A DNA stretch of 58,131 nt from Candidatus Omnitrophota bacterium (GCA_963828495.1 CAWHFJ010000025.1:1-58131); one strand, 5' to 3'. Shown: positions 28,498 to 38,503, numbered from the stretch's first letter. Translations and numbers: made by a program. The notes: generated by a model from the letters alone, not told the origin.

Positions 28498-29508
28498 TTG
28501 TCATTTTACGCCCGGACGCGACTGAGGCTAATATTCAACATATTGTCGAACGAGCCGGTAAACTTGGCCTTCGTGCCAATATTTCACGCGGGGTGGAGCG
28601 TACGGTGATCGGCTTTATCGGTCCGGAAGATGCCTTGCGCGTCATTCCTCTGGAAGTTTTTCCGGTGTAGAGCAGGTCATGCAGGTGCTGGCCCCCTATA
28701 AATTAGTTTCCCGGGAGTTTAAAAAAGATAATACCGTCATTAAATTGCCCTATCATACGACGGTTGGAGGCAAAAAGATTGCGGTCATGGCCGGCCCTTG
28801 CTCGGTAGAAAGTTATGAGGGGATGCTTTCGATTGCCCGTAAAGTCAAGGCTTTGGGGGCCAATATTTTGCGCGGTGGCGCTTTCAAACCGCGCACCTCG
28901 CCGTATGATTTTCAGGGGTTGGGTGAGGAAGGCTTAAAAATTTTGCAGGCGGTAGGCCGTGAGGTCGGCATCTGCACGATTTCCGAAGTCATGGACCCCC
29001 GTCAGGTGGATTTATCGGCCCAATACGTTGACATTCTGCAGATCGGCGCCCGCAACGTGCAGAATTTTTCTTTACTGAAAGAAGTGGGGGTATTAAAAAA
29101 CCGGTTATGCTCAAACGCGGCATGAGTTCGACTGTCAAAGAATGGCTGATGTCCGCCGAGTACCTTTTAGCTAATGGCAATTTTGACGTCATGCTCTGCG
29201 AGCGCGGTATCCGCACATTTGAGACCTCCACCCGTAATACGTTGGATATCAATGCCGTCGCTGTGGCTAAACGCCTGACCCATTTGCCGGTCGTAGTTGA
29301 CCCCAGCCATGCCACCGGTTTGTGGGAGTATGTGGCGTCTGGCGCGCGTGCCGGTATTGCCGCGGGCTGCGACGCTTTAATGATTGAGGTTCATGAAAAT
29401 CCGGAAGAGGCTCTGTCTGACGGAGCACAGTCTTTGATGCCGGATAAATTTCAGGAAATGATGGTCTCCTGCAGGCGCGTGGCTGGAGCTATGGACAGGG
29501 ACCTCTAA
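28494..29508 (+). CDS. aroF: 3-deoxy-7-phosphoheptulonate (DAHP) synthase, type I-beta with an N-terminal ferredoxin-like regulatory domain. Two frameshifts as read.
   Basis: [26 protein letters not shown]...ERTVIGFIG, then [10 protein letters not shown]...[12 protein letters not shown]...[19 protein letters not shown], then KPVMLKRG...[10 protein letters not shown]. 1-nt losses at ~28660 (ccg(g)gt) and ~29097 (A-run). The ATGA overlaps the hisC stop. Confidence 0.85.
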
Positions 29509-29519
29509 CAAGGAAAACT

Positions 29520-30374
29520 ATGTTTAACAGAAGAGAACTTTTTAGAAGGGTAGCGATTGTTGGGGTTGGGTTTATGGGTGCTTCTTTGGGGCTGGCGATT
29601 AAGAAAAAAGGGTTGGCCCGTCAGGTCGTCGGCATAGGGCATCATGAAGCCTCTTTAAAAGAAGCCCAAAAGACAGGCGCTATTGATGAGGGCACGTTAG
29701 ATTTTAATAAGGGGATTCTGGGAGCGGATTTGATTGTGCTGGCCACTCCGGTCAACACGATTTTGGATTTTATTGAAATCTTGGGGCAAGAGCACCGGCG
29801 CGGATGCATTATTACGGATTTAGGCTCTACCAAAGCCGCGATCGTTGAGCGGGCTGAAAAAGTATTACATCATTCGCTTTTATTTGTCGGCTCCCATCCT
29901 TTGGTCGGCTCCGAGAAAAAAGGCCCCGGGGCGGCCATAGCCTCGCTTTATGAAGGGAATGTCTGTATCATGACCCCTACGGATAAAACCAACAGACTCG
30001 CCAGAGAAAAGGTCAAACAGTTTTGGTCGCAGCTGGGATCTTCTGTTAAATTTATGCTGCCTGGCGAGCATGACCAGGTTTTAGCGTATATCAGTCATCT
30101 GCCGCATTTGACGGCGTTTGCCCTGATGAAGGCCATGCCGGAGGAGTTCCTGGAGCACGCGACCCAAGGACTTAAAGATTCGACGAGAATCGCGGCCTCC
30201 GACCCGCAGGTCTGGAAGGACATTGTTTTAACCAATCATAGGCCCATTCTGAAGGCCCTTGATGAAGTTGTGAAAGTTTTAGCCGCAATGCGTCGTGCTA
30301 TTGTGAGTCGTGATCAGGAAGTATTGATGGACATTTTCAAACAAGCGCAAAGCAAACGCGAAGGTCTTGGGTAA
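29520..30374 (+). CDS. tyrA: prephenate dehydrogenase
   Basis: VAIVGVGFMGASLGLAIKK...GSHPLVGSEKKG...ISHLPHL. Confidence 0.85.
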   Translation: MFNRRELFRRVAIVGVGFMGASLGLAIKKKGLARQVVGIGHHEASLKEAQKTGAIDEGTLDFNKGILGADLIVLATPVNTILDFIEILGQEHRRGCIITDLGSTKAAIVERAEKVLHHSLLFVGSHPLVGSEKKGPGAAIASLYEGNVCIMTPTDKTNRLAREKVKQFWSQLGSSVKFMLPGEHDQVLAYISHLPHLTAFALMKAMPEEFLEHATQGLKDSTRIAASDPQVWKDIVLTNHRPILKALDEVVKVLAAMRRAIVSRDQEVLMDIFKQAQSKREGLG

Positions 30375-30378
30375 GCCC

Positions 30379-31050
30379 ATGCCGACGGAACATTTAGTCA
30401 TCACTTTAGATGGCCCTGCGGGAGCAGGTAAAAGTACTGTAGCCAAGTTGTTAGCCAAACGTTTGGGAATTTCCTATCTGGATACCGGGGCGATGTATCG
30501 GGCTTTGACCCTGAAAGCTCTGCGGTTAAAAATGGATTTATCCGACGAAGAGGCCCTTACCACACTGGCGCGTCGTACCCAAATCGGCTTTCAAGATATG
30601 CCGGATGGTTCTTTGCACATCACGCTAGACGGTGAAGATGTGTCGGCGACCATCCGTACCTTGGAGGTGACCAACAATACTTTTTATGCGGCCCGTACGC
30701 CCGGCGTCAGGACATTGATGGTGGCCTGGCAAAGAGCCATGGCCACAAGCCGCTCTATTGTGACCGACGGACGCGACCAGGGTACGGTGGTTTTTACGGA
30801 TGCCAAGTATAAATTTTATTTGGATGCGGAGCTAGAGGAACGCGTACGACGGCGTTTTAAAGAACTCCAGGAGGCGGGCCGGGAGGTCAATTGTGATCAA
30901 TTACGCATGGAAATCAAAGAGCGCGACCATAAAGATTTTTCACGTAGCGTCGGCCCATTGAAGAAAGCTTCGGACGCCCTCACCATTGATTCCACCGCCC
31001 TTGACGCAGATGGGGTGGTGGATAAAATTATGAAACTACTTGCGTTATGA
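30379..31050 (+). CDS. cmk: cytidylate kinase
   Basis: ITLDGPAGAGKSTVAKLLAKRLGISYLDTGAMYRA...DGRDQGTVVF. Confidence 0.9.
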   Translation: MPTEHLVITLDGPAGAGKSTVAKLLAKRLGISYLDTGAMYRALTLKALRLKMDLSDEEALTTLARRTQIGFQDMPDGSLHITLDGEDVSATIRTLEVTNNTFYAARTPGVRTLMVAWQRAMATSRSIVTDGRDQGTVVFTDAKYKFYLDAELEERVRRRFKELQEAGREVNCDQLRMEIKERDHKDFSRSVGPLKKASDALTIDSTALDADGVVDKIMKLLAL

Positions 31051-32840
31051 GCAGGCATTCCAATATCCGCAATTTCTCCATCATCGCCCATATCGATCAC
31101 GGCAAATCCACCCTGGCAGACAGGCTTTTATTGTTTGCCGGCGCTATCGACGAGCGTAAATTCCGCAACCAAATGCTCGATGATATGGACCTTGAACGCG
31201 AGCGCGGGATTACCATTAAAGCCTCGGCGGTGCGCCTGAATTATAAAGCCCGTGACGGCCGGGACTATATTTTTAATCTGATCGATACTCCGGGCCATGT
31301 GGATTTTTCTTATGAAGTAGAAAAGTCCCTGCGCGCCTGCGAAGGGGCCGTACTTTTGATTGATGTCACCCAGGGGGTGGAGTCGCAGACCATTGCCAAT
31401 TACTATCTGGCTATTGATAATAACCTGGAGATTTTACCGGTCATCAATAAAATCGATATTGCCAATGCGGATATCGATGAAGCCAAACGCCAATTCATAG
31501 AAATTCTCAAGTTTAAATTAGAAGACATTCAACTGGTGTCTGCCAAAGAGGGTTTAAATATCGGTGAATTATTTGAAAAAATTGTGAGTTTTATTCCGCC
31601 GCCCGAGGGAGACCCCCAGCTGCCTTTAAAAGCCCTGGTTTTTGACATGAAGTATGATATCTACAAAGGGATCATTATTTATATACGATTGTTTGAAGGC
31701 TCCATCAAGCCCGGGGTGCGGATACGTTTTATGAACACAGGTCGTGATTTTGATGTGCAGGAAGTGGGTATTTTTACACCCGCCATTGAGCCGGTCAAAG
31801 GGCTGTCCGCCGGAGAAGTTGGGTATATCACCTGCAATTTGCATGATCCTAAAGAAGTGCATGTCGGCGACACAGTGACCGAGTTGGCACGACCGACGGA
31901 CAAGCCTTTGGAAGGTTACCGTCGGCTTAAACCTTTGGTTTTCTGTGGGGTTTATCCCGTTAATGCGGGGGATTATGCGCCTTTACGGGAAGCCATTGAT
32001 AAATTGCGCCTTTCAGACCCCAGCTTCGTTTATGAGCCTGAAACGTCCCAGTCTTTCGGGTATGGGTTTCGTTGCGGGTTTTTGGGGTTATTGCATATGG
32101 AAATCGTGCAGGAACGTCTGGAGCGTGAGTATGATTTGAATTTGATTCTGACCACCCCTAATGTCGGCTATAAAATCATCAAACGGGACGGCAGTATGAT
32201 GGACTTGGAAAATCCGTCGGATTTGCCCAATGCCTCTGAGATTGCCCGGATCGAAGAACCGATTTTAGCCGTGTCTATTTTTACACCCGTTACGTATATG
32301 GATGCGGTCATGGAATTAGCCAAACGTAAACGCGGGCTCTTTCAAAAAAGTGAGTTTGTCGGGGACCGCATGAAAATCCATTTTGATATTCCGCTCTCGG
32401 AGGTGATTGTTGATTTTAATGATTGTATCAAGTCTTCAACCCGCGGTTATGGGTCCATTGATTATGAATTCAAAGATTATGCTCCCGCCCAGATTGCGCG
32501 TCTCGACATTTTGATCAATGATGAGACGTGTGATGCTTTTTCGTGCATGGTGCATAAAGACAGGGCCTATGATAAGGGCCTGGGGCTGGTCACCAAACTT
32601 AAAGAACTGATCCCTCAGCAATTGTTTGAAGTGCGTATCCAGGCCCAGTCCGACGGGCGGATCATCTCTTCGGCCCGGGTCAAGCCCGCGGGTAAAAATG
32701 TTACGGCTAAATGTTATGGCGGGGACATCACGCGTAAACGCAAATTGTGGGAGAAGCAAAAAGAAGGTAAAAAGAAACTTAAAACAATCGGCCGTGTGGA
32801 AGTGCCGCAGGAGGCGTTCCTGGCGGCGTTAAAAATTTAG
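31047..32840 (+). CDS. lepA: translation elongation factor 4
   Basis: IRNFSIIAHIDHGKSTLADRLL...NLIDTPGHVDF...NKID, and the LepA C-terminal domain. Confidence 0.95.
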   Translation: MSRHSNIRNFSIIAHIDHGKSTLADRLLLFAGAIDERKFRNQMLDDMDLERERGITIKASAVRLNYKARDGRDYIFNLIDTPGHVDFSYEVEKSLRACEGAVLLIDVTQGVESQTIANYYLAIDNNLEILPVINKIDIANADIDEAKRQFIEILKFKLEDIQLVSAKEGLNIGELFEKIVSFIPPPEGDPQLPLKALVFDMKYDIYKGIIIYIRLFEGSIKPGVRIRFMNTGRDFDVQEVGIFTPAIEPVKGLSAGEVGYITCNLHDPKEVHVGDTVTELARPTDKPLEGYRRLKPLVFCGVYPVNAGDYAPLREAIDKLRLSDPSFVYEPETSQSFGYGFRCGFLGLLHMEIVQERLEREYDLNLILTTPNVGYKIIKRDGSMMDLENPSDLPNASEIARIEEPILAVSIFTPVTYMDAVMELAKRKRGLFQKSEFVGDRMKIHFDIPLSEVIVDFNDCIKSSTRGYGSIDYEFKDYAPAQIARLDILINDETCDAFSCMVHKDRAYDKGLGLVTKLKELIPQQLFEVRIQAQSDGRIISSARVKPAGKNVTAKCYGGDITRKRKLWEKQKEGKKKLKTIGRVEVPQEAFLAALKI

Positions 32841-32853
32841 GAAAGGATGCCTC

Positions 32854-33549
32854 ATGTCCAAAATAAGCCAACCAAAATCAGTTTTGCGCGAATGGGTGGA
32901 ATCCATTCTTATTGCCTTGCTTTTGGCGGCATTGATTCGCAGTTATTTTGTTCAGCCTTTTAAAATCCCCAGCGGCTCCATGCGTATGACGCTCATCGAA
33001 GGGGACCATCTCTTTGTTGATAAATGGACGTATGGCCCGCAGGTTTTGCCGCCGATGTTCTGGGACATCGGAACTCCCCTAGTGAGTCATAGTGGTTTAG
33101 ATGAGAATTATGTGTCTTCTCGAGCGCTGTTGTCACTTAGATGGCCCCAGGCTTGGCTGCCGTTGACAAAAATGCGCTTGCCGGGTTTAAGACACCCTCA
33201 ACGCGGAGACATCATTGTTTTTGTTTATCCGGTCGATCCCACTAAAGATTTTATCAAGAGGCTTATTGCGGTGGGCGGGGAAACTGTGGAAATCAAAGAA
33301 GGCGCTATTTATATCGACGGTAAGGAAATAACCGACCCCCGCATGAAAAACGTTTATTATTACAACCGGGGTGATTACGGAGGCGAAGGCCAGCAAATTC
33401 ATGTCCCGCCCGGGTATGTATTTGTGATGGGGGACAATAGCGGCTCGAGCTATGACAGCCGTTATTGGGGATTTGTGTCGCAGACGGATATTATCGGCAG
33501 GGCGGACTTTATTTTCTGGCCGCTGGATCGTATCAGGATCATACAATGA
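32854..33549 (+). CDS. lepB: signal peptidase I
   Basis: PSGSMRMTL, KRLIAVGGETVEIK, GDNSGSSYDSRYWGFV. Confidence 0.9.
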   Translation: MSKISQPKSVLREWVESILIALLLAALIRSYFVQPFKIPSGSMRMTLIEGDHLFVDKWTYGPQVLPPMFWDIGTPLVSHSGLDENYVSSRALLSLRWPQAWLPLTKMRLPGLRHPQRGDIIVFVYPVDPTKDFIKRLIAVGGETVEIKEGAIYIDGKEITDPRMKNVYYYNRGDYGGEGQQIHVPPGYVFVMGDNSGSSYDSRYWGFVSQTDIIGRADFIFWPLDRIRIIQ

Positions 33550-33555
33550 AACTTG

Positions 33556-33636
33556 TGTCATTGCGAGCGAAGCGAAGCAATCTTTTGACATGTAAAGAGA
33601 TTGCTTCGTCGCTGAAAAGCGCTCCTCGCAATGACA
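33556..33636. repeat. 81-nt nested inverted repeat (REP/MITE-like palindromic element)
   Basis: Outer arms tgtcattgcgag (33556-33567) and ctcgcaatgaca (33625-33636). Inner arms cgaagcaatct and agattgcttcg (~33573-33608). Confidence 0.7.
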
Positions 33637-33644
33637 TAAACCTT

Positions 33645-33986
33645 ATGATGTCGATGCAATTGGGCCTTTTGACACTTGGTTTCATACTTTGGCTTTCAGG
33701 ATGTCAGACAGCGGTACATAAACCCGGGGACACACGAGCAGAAACAGTCTCAGCGTTAATGACCATGACGCAGGGGTTGACGCATCAACCCATGACACAA
33801 ACCCAATTAAAGAATTTGGTCTTCCAGGTCGCGCATGATTCTAATGCCCAGTCTGCCCTGCGTTCGATCAACACGGCTTTAAGCGTGCAGCATACGGTTA
33901 AATATTGTCCGGAAAACGGAGAGCGTTTTAGCGCAGATATGATTTATTGCCCGGATCATAAAGTTAAATTAGAATGGGTAGAGTGA
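33645..33986 (+). CDS. lipoprotein, hypothetical
   Basis: Lipobox LWLSGC after a hydrophobic leader MMSMQLGLLTLGFI. Confidence 0.5.
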   Translation: MMSMQLGLLTLGFILWLSGCQTAVHKPGDTRAETVSALMTMTQGLTHQPMTQTQLKNLVFQVAHDSNAQSALRSINTALSVQHTVKYCPENGERFSADMIYCPDHKVKLEWVE

Positions 33987-34034
33987 GCCACTAAATGTGG
34001 CTCACTAATGTGTAGTTACAGGGGATGTAATACT

Positions 34035-34604
34035 ATGGCATTAACGTTCGCTAACAAGGTTACCGTAGGCCGTATATTGATCGTGCCGTTTTTTATCGCG
34101 ACGGTCATGTATATTTCGCCTTATCATGAATACTTCCGTTGGCTGGCGTTAGGACTTTTTGTCGTAGCGGTGGTTTCGGATGTCATCGATGGCTATATTG
34201 CCAGGACCCACGGTCAGAAAACAAAAGCCGGGGCCATTCTTGACCCGTTGGCGGATAAAATGCTTTTGATCAGCGCGTTTATTTGCCTGTATATAAAAAG
34301 AGGAGTTTTTGCGGACATCCATTTCCCGCTATGGTTTGTGGTCGCTATCATCAGCCGGGATGTTATCCTATTGCTCGGATCCATGATTATTCAGTTGGTC
34401 ACCGGAAAATTGGAAATCGAGGCCAACCGTTCCGGTAAATTGACCACTTTTTTACAAATTATCTGCATACTGGGGGTTTTATTGCAATTGAAGTTTACTT
34501 TTGTCTTTTGGTATGTGGCGTTGGTAGCCACCTTTGTTTCCGGCGTCATCTATATTAAGGAAGGGATAAAAGTCATCAATGAATCTTCTGTTTCTGGCCC
34601 TTAG
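34035..34604 (+). CDS. pgsA: CDP-diacylglycerol--glycerol-3-phosphate 3-phosphatidyltransferase (CDP-alcohol phosphatidyltransferase family)
   Basis: DGYIARTHGQKTKAGAILDPLADK matches D-G-x2-A-R-x8-G-x3-D-x3-D. Confidence 0.8.
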   Translation: MALTFANKVTVGRILIVPFFIATVMYISPYHEYFRWLALGLFVVAVVSDVIDGYIARTHGQKTKAGAILDPLADKMLLISAFICLYIKRGVFADIHFPLWFVVAIISRDVILLLGSMIIQLVTGKLEIEANRSGKLTTFLQIICILGVLLQLKFTFVFWYVALVATFVSGVIYIKEGIKVINESSVSGP

Positions 34605-35217
34605 TGCTGTTTTGGCGTATTTGATCGGTTCCATTCCGGTGGCGTATATTTTCGGACGTCTCTTAAAAGGTATTGATATCCGCGAGCATGGCTCCGGTAA
34701 TATGGGTGCCACCAATGCCTTTCGGGTTTTGGGCAAAGGCCCCGGTACGGTGGTTTTAATTTTGGATATTATCAAAGGGATTATTCCGGTCACTTTGTTG
34801 GCCAATGCTTTTGGCCAGGGTGAGGCTTTATCTTTGGTTATTATCTCGCTGGCGGCAGTGGCAGGGCACAACTGGACAGTATTTTTAGGGTTTAAAGGCG
34901 GCAAGGGCATGGCGACCAGTTTGGGGGTTTTAATCGGGCTGGCCATGCAATTGCCGGGCTTGAGAGTCGTTTTAGGTTTTGCGACCATGATATGGCTGGT
35001 GTTTTTTCTTTTATTTGGATTTGTGTCGGCAGCTTCGATAGCCGCGGCTGTTGCCTTACCTGTTTTAATGGTGGTCTTTGAAGCCCCGTTTCCCATGAAG
35101 GTCATGGCCATTGTATTGTGTATTTTTATCGTTTTCCGCCACCGTTCCAACATCAAGCGCTTAGGTCTGGGCCAAGAAAATCGAGTTCTTTTTTTTAGAA
35201 ATTTACCTAAAAAATAG
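34579..35217 (+). CDS. plsY: glycerol-3-phosphate acyltransferase PlsY
   Basis: YLIGSIPVAYIFGRLLKGIDIREHGSGNMGATNAFRVLG. Confidence 0.9.
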   Translation: MNLLFLALSAVLAYLIGSIPVAYIFGRLLKGIDIREHGSGNMGATNAFRVLGKGPGTVVLILDIIKGIIPVTLLANAFGQGEALSLVIISLAAVAGHNWTVFLGFKGGKGMATSLGVLIGLAMQLPGLRVVLGFATMIWLVFFLLFGFVSAASIAAAVALPVLMVVFEAPFPMKVMAIVLCIFIVFRHRSNIKRLGLGQENRVLFFRNLPKK

Positions 35218-35348
35218 CCCTACTTCTTCCTCCTCCGTCGGTGAAATCGCAAGAAAACGTTTTCTCCAAAACGCCCCAAGGCCCTTGTTTTTGGTTTTTG
35301 GCATGTTACACTTCGTTTAGAAGTGGTAGTAGAGGGAGAGATTTAATA

Positions 35349-35744
35349 ATGGACACCAACAAGCAAGTAAGCACTGGCATAAAGGAAGCGCCTATGCGCG
35401 ATATTCTTCATAAAACCACAGAGATTTACAACGGCCGGGGGAAGGTGATTACGCTCCGCGAACATGCCGAGGAAGATGAAAGCATTACGGATGTGCGCAA
35501 GAATTTTATTTACGTGGCCTCTGAGGTGCCCAACGAAGAAAAACAAGGCGAGCCTCAAGTGCACGTCAAGAAGTCTTTTGACAGCGTTACTCATGATGAA
35601 AAATTTTCTTTCCGGGTGAAGGGGTTCTTTTATGTTAATCGCAATCGCCGGTTGGTAAAAGTGGGTTACAGCCATACACTGAGGATCAATTTACACTGGA
35701 AAGTCAATGCGCATACTCCCAAGAAGACCGTGACCATGGCCTAG
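35349..35744 (+). CDS. hypothetical protein
   Basis: ORF with ATG at 35349 and no recognisable motif. A hairpin plus T-run lies at 35776-35810 downstream. Confidence 0.4.
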   Translation: MDTNKQVSTGIKEAPMRDILHKTTEIYNGRGKVITLREHAEEDESITDVRKNFIYVASEVPNEEKQGEPQVHVKKSFDSVTHDEKFSFRVKGFFYVNRNRRLVKVGYSHTLRINLHWKVNAHTPKKTVTMA

Positions 35745-35759
35745 GAACCGTACGTGTCA

Positions 35760-37433
35760 CTATCTTCCTAACCTTGAACCCTGCTTTAAGATAAGCGGGG
35801 TTCTTTTTTTGTCTGTCACCCAAAACTCCAGGTATCGGCCTAACATCAGACGGGTTTGGGCGTCCAGCGCGGGCAGGGCGCTGAATAGAACCAGAATGAG
35901 CGGGACCAACAGCCACTCTAAGGCGTGGCCCAATTTGAGCAACCAGTCGTAGCGCATCTTTGTTTTTGGCAACAAAGACAAAGAGAGCACGATACTGATG
36001 CATACGGCAAAGAACCCCAGAGAGAAGATGGTGTTGGCGATAGCAGGCACGTTATAATAGACGACGGACGCGGCGAATTCGTTGCGGGCAAAAATAACCG
36101 GAAGCCAGCCGATGATCGAGAGTATAAACCCTGAGGTCGCCCAGGACAGATGTCCTTCAAAAAGTTTAAAACTCAACCGGGCTCTTTCATACAACGGGAT
36201 TTTTTTGGATTGTAGAAAAGCCCGTGCCACGATCGGGAAATTTTCAACCCCCCAGGCCCAGCGTCTTTTTTGTTTGTAGACACTTTTGACTGTCTGCCAC
36301 CAGTTGTTCGCACAGGCGACATCCATGGACAGGGTGACATACATGGGGATGACTTGATAATCCCCATCGTAGTGAATATACGCTTTCCAGTAAATAGCGG
36401 AGTCATCGGAAATCATATCGATCGGCCAATAATCCACGTCAACTAAAGCCTTGAAGCTCATGCTGTGGCTGGAGAAGGTGACCAGTTTTTCGGGGTTGGT
36501 GGCTTCGATCAATTGGAAAAATGAAGAACCTGTTTCGACCACACGGGCAAAGCCCGGCACATGCCATATATTATTATGATAAACCGGGATAGGCTGGAAA
36601 CTGGCGCGCAGGCGTTGAGGGCAAATCATAAAATGATGGGTTAAGCAGGCAAAATAGTTGGGGCTGACAACAGTGTCCGCGTCGAAACAGGAACTGACGA
36701 CATTGGCAAAAGGGATTTGGCGTTGGGTGAAGAATGCCGCAGCTTGTTTGGCGGCACAGGTAATATTGGCCCCTTTGACCCGGGCTTCTTCGGGGACATC
36801 CGCTGGATGCAGGACGGCCCAACAGGAGAAAAACACATTTTTATATTTATCTACCAACTGGTGTACGGCCTTTTGGACCGGGGGTTGGGCGCGTTCTTCC
36901 AGGGCAAAGATAACGACGATCTGCTTGAGCGGAAAATTTTGATGACTGACAGCTTCAATGGCCGGTTCCAGGATGTCGAGGTCTTCTTTGATAACAGGGA
37001 AGATGACTAAATGATAAATATCTTTGGATGCAGGCGGCAAGATTTTGCTGTTGACAAGTTTGTCTAATTGTTTCAGGTGAATGTCCTGGGAGATGTAGGA
37101 ACGCCAATGGGTCCCTAGTTTTTTGTATTTATTCTTTCTCGGGTAGGTTTGTATGTTGTCAATGTCATGGATGCGGTCCATCCAGTCTGTTTTCTTTTCA
37201 ATATTCAGACGCAGATAAGACAGTAAAAGAAAAATGGTGGAATACAAAATTCTGAGGATCCATGAGAGATAAAAAGCCACAATAAGAATAGCGGCACTGA
37301 TGGGGGAAAAAATAGAAAGGACAATCAGCCCCAGCAAAACGACCCAGGTGGATAGACCGGGGAGCACTTCCAGGAATCTTTGCAGGCGGGCTTGGCGCGA
37401 TGACAAATTTTCTTTAGAGTAAGGGAATTTCAC
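35760..37433 (-). CDS. processive family-2 glycosyltransferase with flanking TM segments (cellulose/chitin-synthase-like)
   Basis: N- and C-terminal TM bundles. Central GT-A with CFDADTVV, ISDDSAIYW and a Q-x-x-R-W motif (YKQKRRWAWG). Confidence 0.75.
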   Translation of the reverse strand: MKFPYSKENLSSRQARLQRFLEVLPGLSTWVVLLGLIVLSIFSPISAAILIVAFYLSWILRILYSTIFLLLSYLRLNIEKKTDWMDRIHDIDNIQTYPRKNKYKKLGTHWRSYISQDIHLKQLDKLVNSKILPPASKDIYHLVIFPVIKEDLDILEPAIEAVSHQNFPLKQIVVIFALEERAQPPVQKAVHQLVDKYKNVFFSCWAVLHPADVPEEARVKGANITCAAKQAAAFFTQRQIPFANVVSSCFDADTVVSPNYFACLTHHFMICPQRLRASFQPIPVYHNNIWHVPGFARVVETGSSFFQLIEATNPEKLVTFSSHSMSFKALVDVDYWPIDMISDDSAIYWKAYIHYDGDYQVIPMYVTLSMDVACANNWWQTVKSVYKQKRRWAWGVENFPIVARAFLQSKKIPLYERARLSFKLFEGHLSWATSGFILSIIGWLPVIFARNEFAASVVYYNVPAIANTIFSLGFFAVCISIVLSLSLLPKTKMRYDWLLKLGHALEWLLVPLILVLFSALPALDAQTRLMLGRYLEFWVTDKKRTPLILKQGSRLGR

Positions 37434-38503
37434 GGAGTTTTAATCCTCAGTGGCTGATTGTGCAAAATCGCAACCGTGTCTAAAAACAGGGTGTCGTCAT
37501 CCAGATAAAAAAGTTCCCCGTTCTTTTCTTCGAAATACATATTTGTCAACGGACGGGATCGAGCAATCGTATAACTTTCAGGGACGTCAAAATCGGCTTT
37601 TGGGTAAATCCGTATCCAGGGCCCTTCCCGTGTGAGCAGGTCATTTTTGTTATTAATGAGAAATGCTTGTTGCACCCGAGCGGACGGCGCTTGAGGTAGG
37701 ATGCCGGGTGGTCCTGCCGTGGGTTTAAAAGGATAAATAGTTTTAGTTTTGATATTGATGCGGGTAATCGCCTGCGGATAAAAAGCCCATATATTTTTAT
37801 CATCTGTATTTGCCCAAACAATGTTATCCGGAATTGGACCGAAAAGATCGGTAATGTCTTCGATCAAGGGGGGCTTGTCTTTTAAGCTGACCCATAAAAA
37901 TTTATGTTTATCATGGAGGGACGCCTCCAGCAGAATATAAGGGCTTTTATCTGCGTTAAATACACGGACTAATTGCCCATCGGCGTAAATGGCATTTTTT
38001 AAGAACAAGGGGAGGGCCTCATGATTATTATTTTCGTCGGTGCGGAAGATGTCGATATCTTTAAGTACGGGATTAATCCCCACTAGGATGCCGGCTGAGG
38101 CGCCAATCAAGTTCTGATAAGGCTTGTTGGAAATCCTTTTAATGGGCCATTGTTCAGGAATAAGCAGGGTATTCTCCAGGACGGTGGCTTTTTTACCGAC
38201 TATGGGGATGCTTTTTTCCCAATCTTTATAACCATCGAGCTGCAAGCGGATAAAATGTTTCCCCGGCGTTAAATCTCTGATCACTGTAGGGGTCGTCCCA
38301 TGAATCATGCGGCCGTCCATGAATACGGCGGCATCCGGCGGGTTGGTAGAAACATAGACTAAGCCGGTTTTGACAAAACGGTGCGTCAGGGGATTGGTGA
38401 CAAATCCCAGCATGCGGGCGATGATCAAGGGGGTGAGGACAAGATAGAGAAGACAAAAAACGGTAAATAGTATCTTTCTAAGCCTAAGCATGACCCAAAT
38501 CAT
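37430..38503 (-). CDS. PEGA-domain protein with an N-terminal membrane anchor
   Basis: VSTNPPDAAVFMDGRMIHGTTPTVIRDLTPGKHFIRLQLDGYKDWEKSI. Its 3' end overlaps the GT2 start by 4 nt. Confidence 0.7.
   Translation of the reverse strand: MIWVMLRLRKILFTVFCLLYLVLTPLIIARMLGFVTNPLTHRFVKTGLVYVSTNPPDAAVFMDGRMIHGTTPTVIRDLTPGKHFIRLQLDGYKDWEKSIPIVGKKATVLENTLLIPEQWPIKRISNKPYQNLIGASAGILVGINPVLKDIDIFRTDENNNHEALPLFLKNAIYADGQLVRVFNADKSPYILLEASLHDKHKFLWVSLKDKPPLIEDITDLFGPIPDNIVWANTDDKNIWAFYPQAITRINIKTKTIYPFKPTAGPPGILPQAPSARVQQAFLINNKNDLLTREGPWIRIYPKADFDVPESYTIARSRPLTNMYFEEKNGELFYLDDDTLFLDTVAILHNQPLRIKTP

Noticed and set aside
1418-29100. Programmed ribosomal frameshifting at the six left-block frame breaks
   Set aside because: The breaks occur in unrelated genes (transporter, kinase, hisC, aroF). 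They have no shared slippery heptamer or downstream structure. Five of the six are simple 1-nt losses, four of them in homopolymers. Sequencing or consensus error is the simpler explanation.
34479-35156. 225-aa minus-strand ORF
   Set aside because: It is antisense to pgsA and plsY, both of which have unambiguous family motifs. It has a low-complexity Lys/Pro/Ala-rich translation and no RBS.
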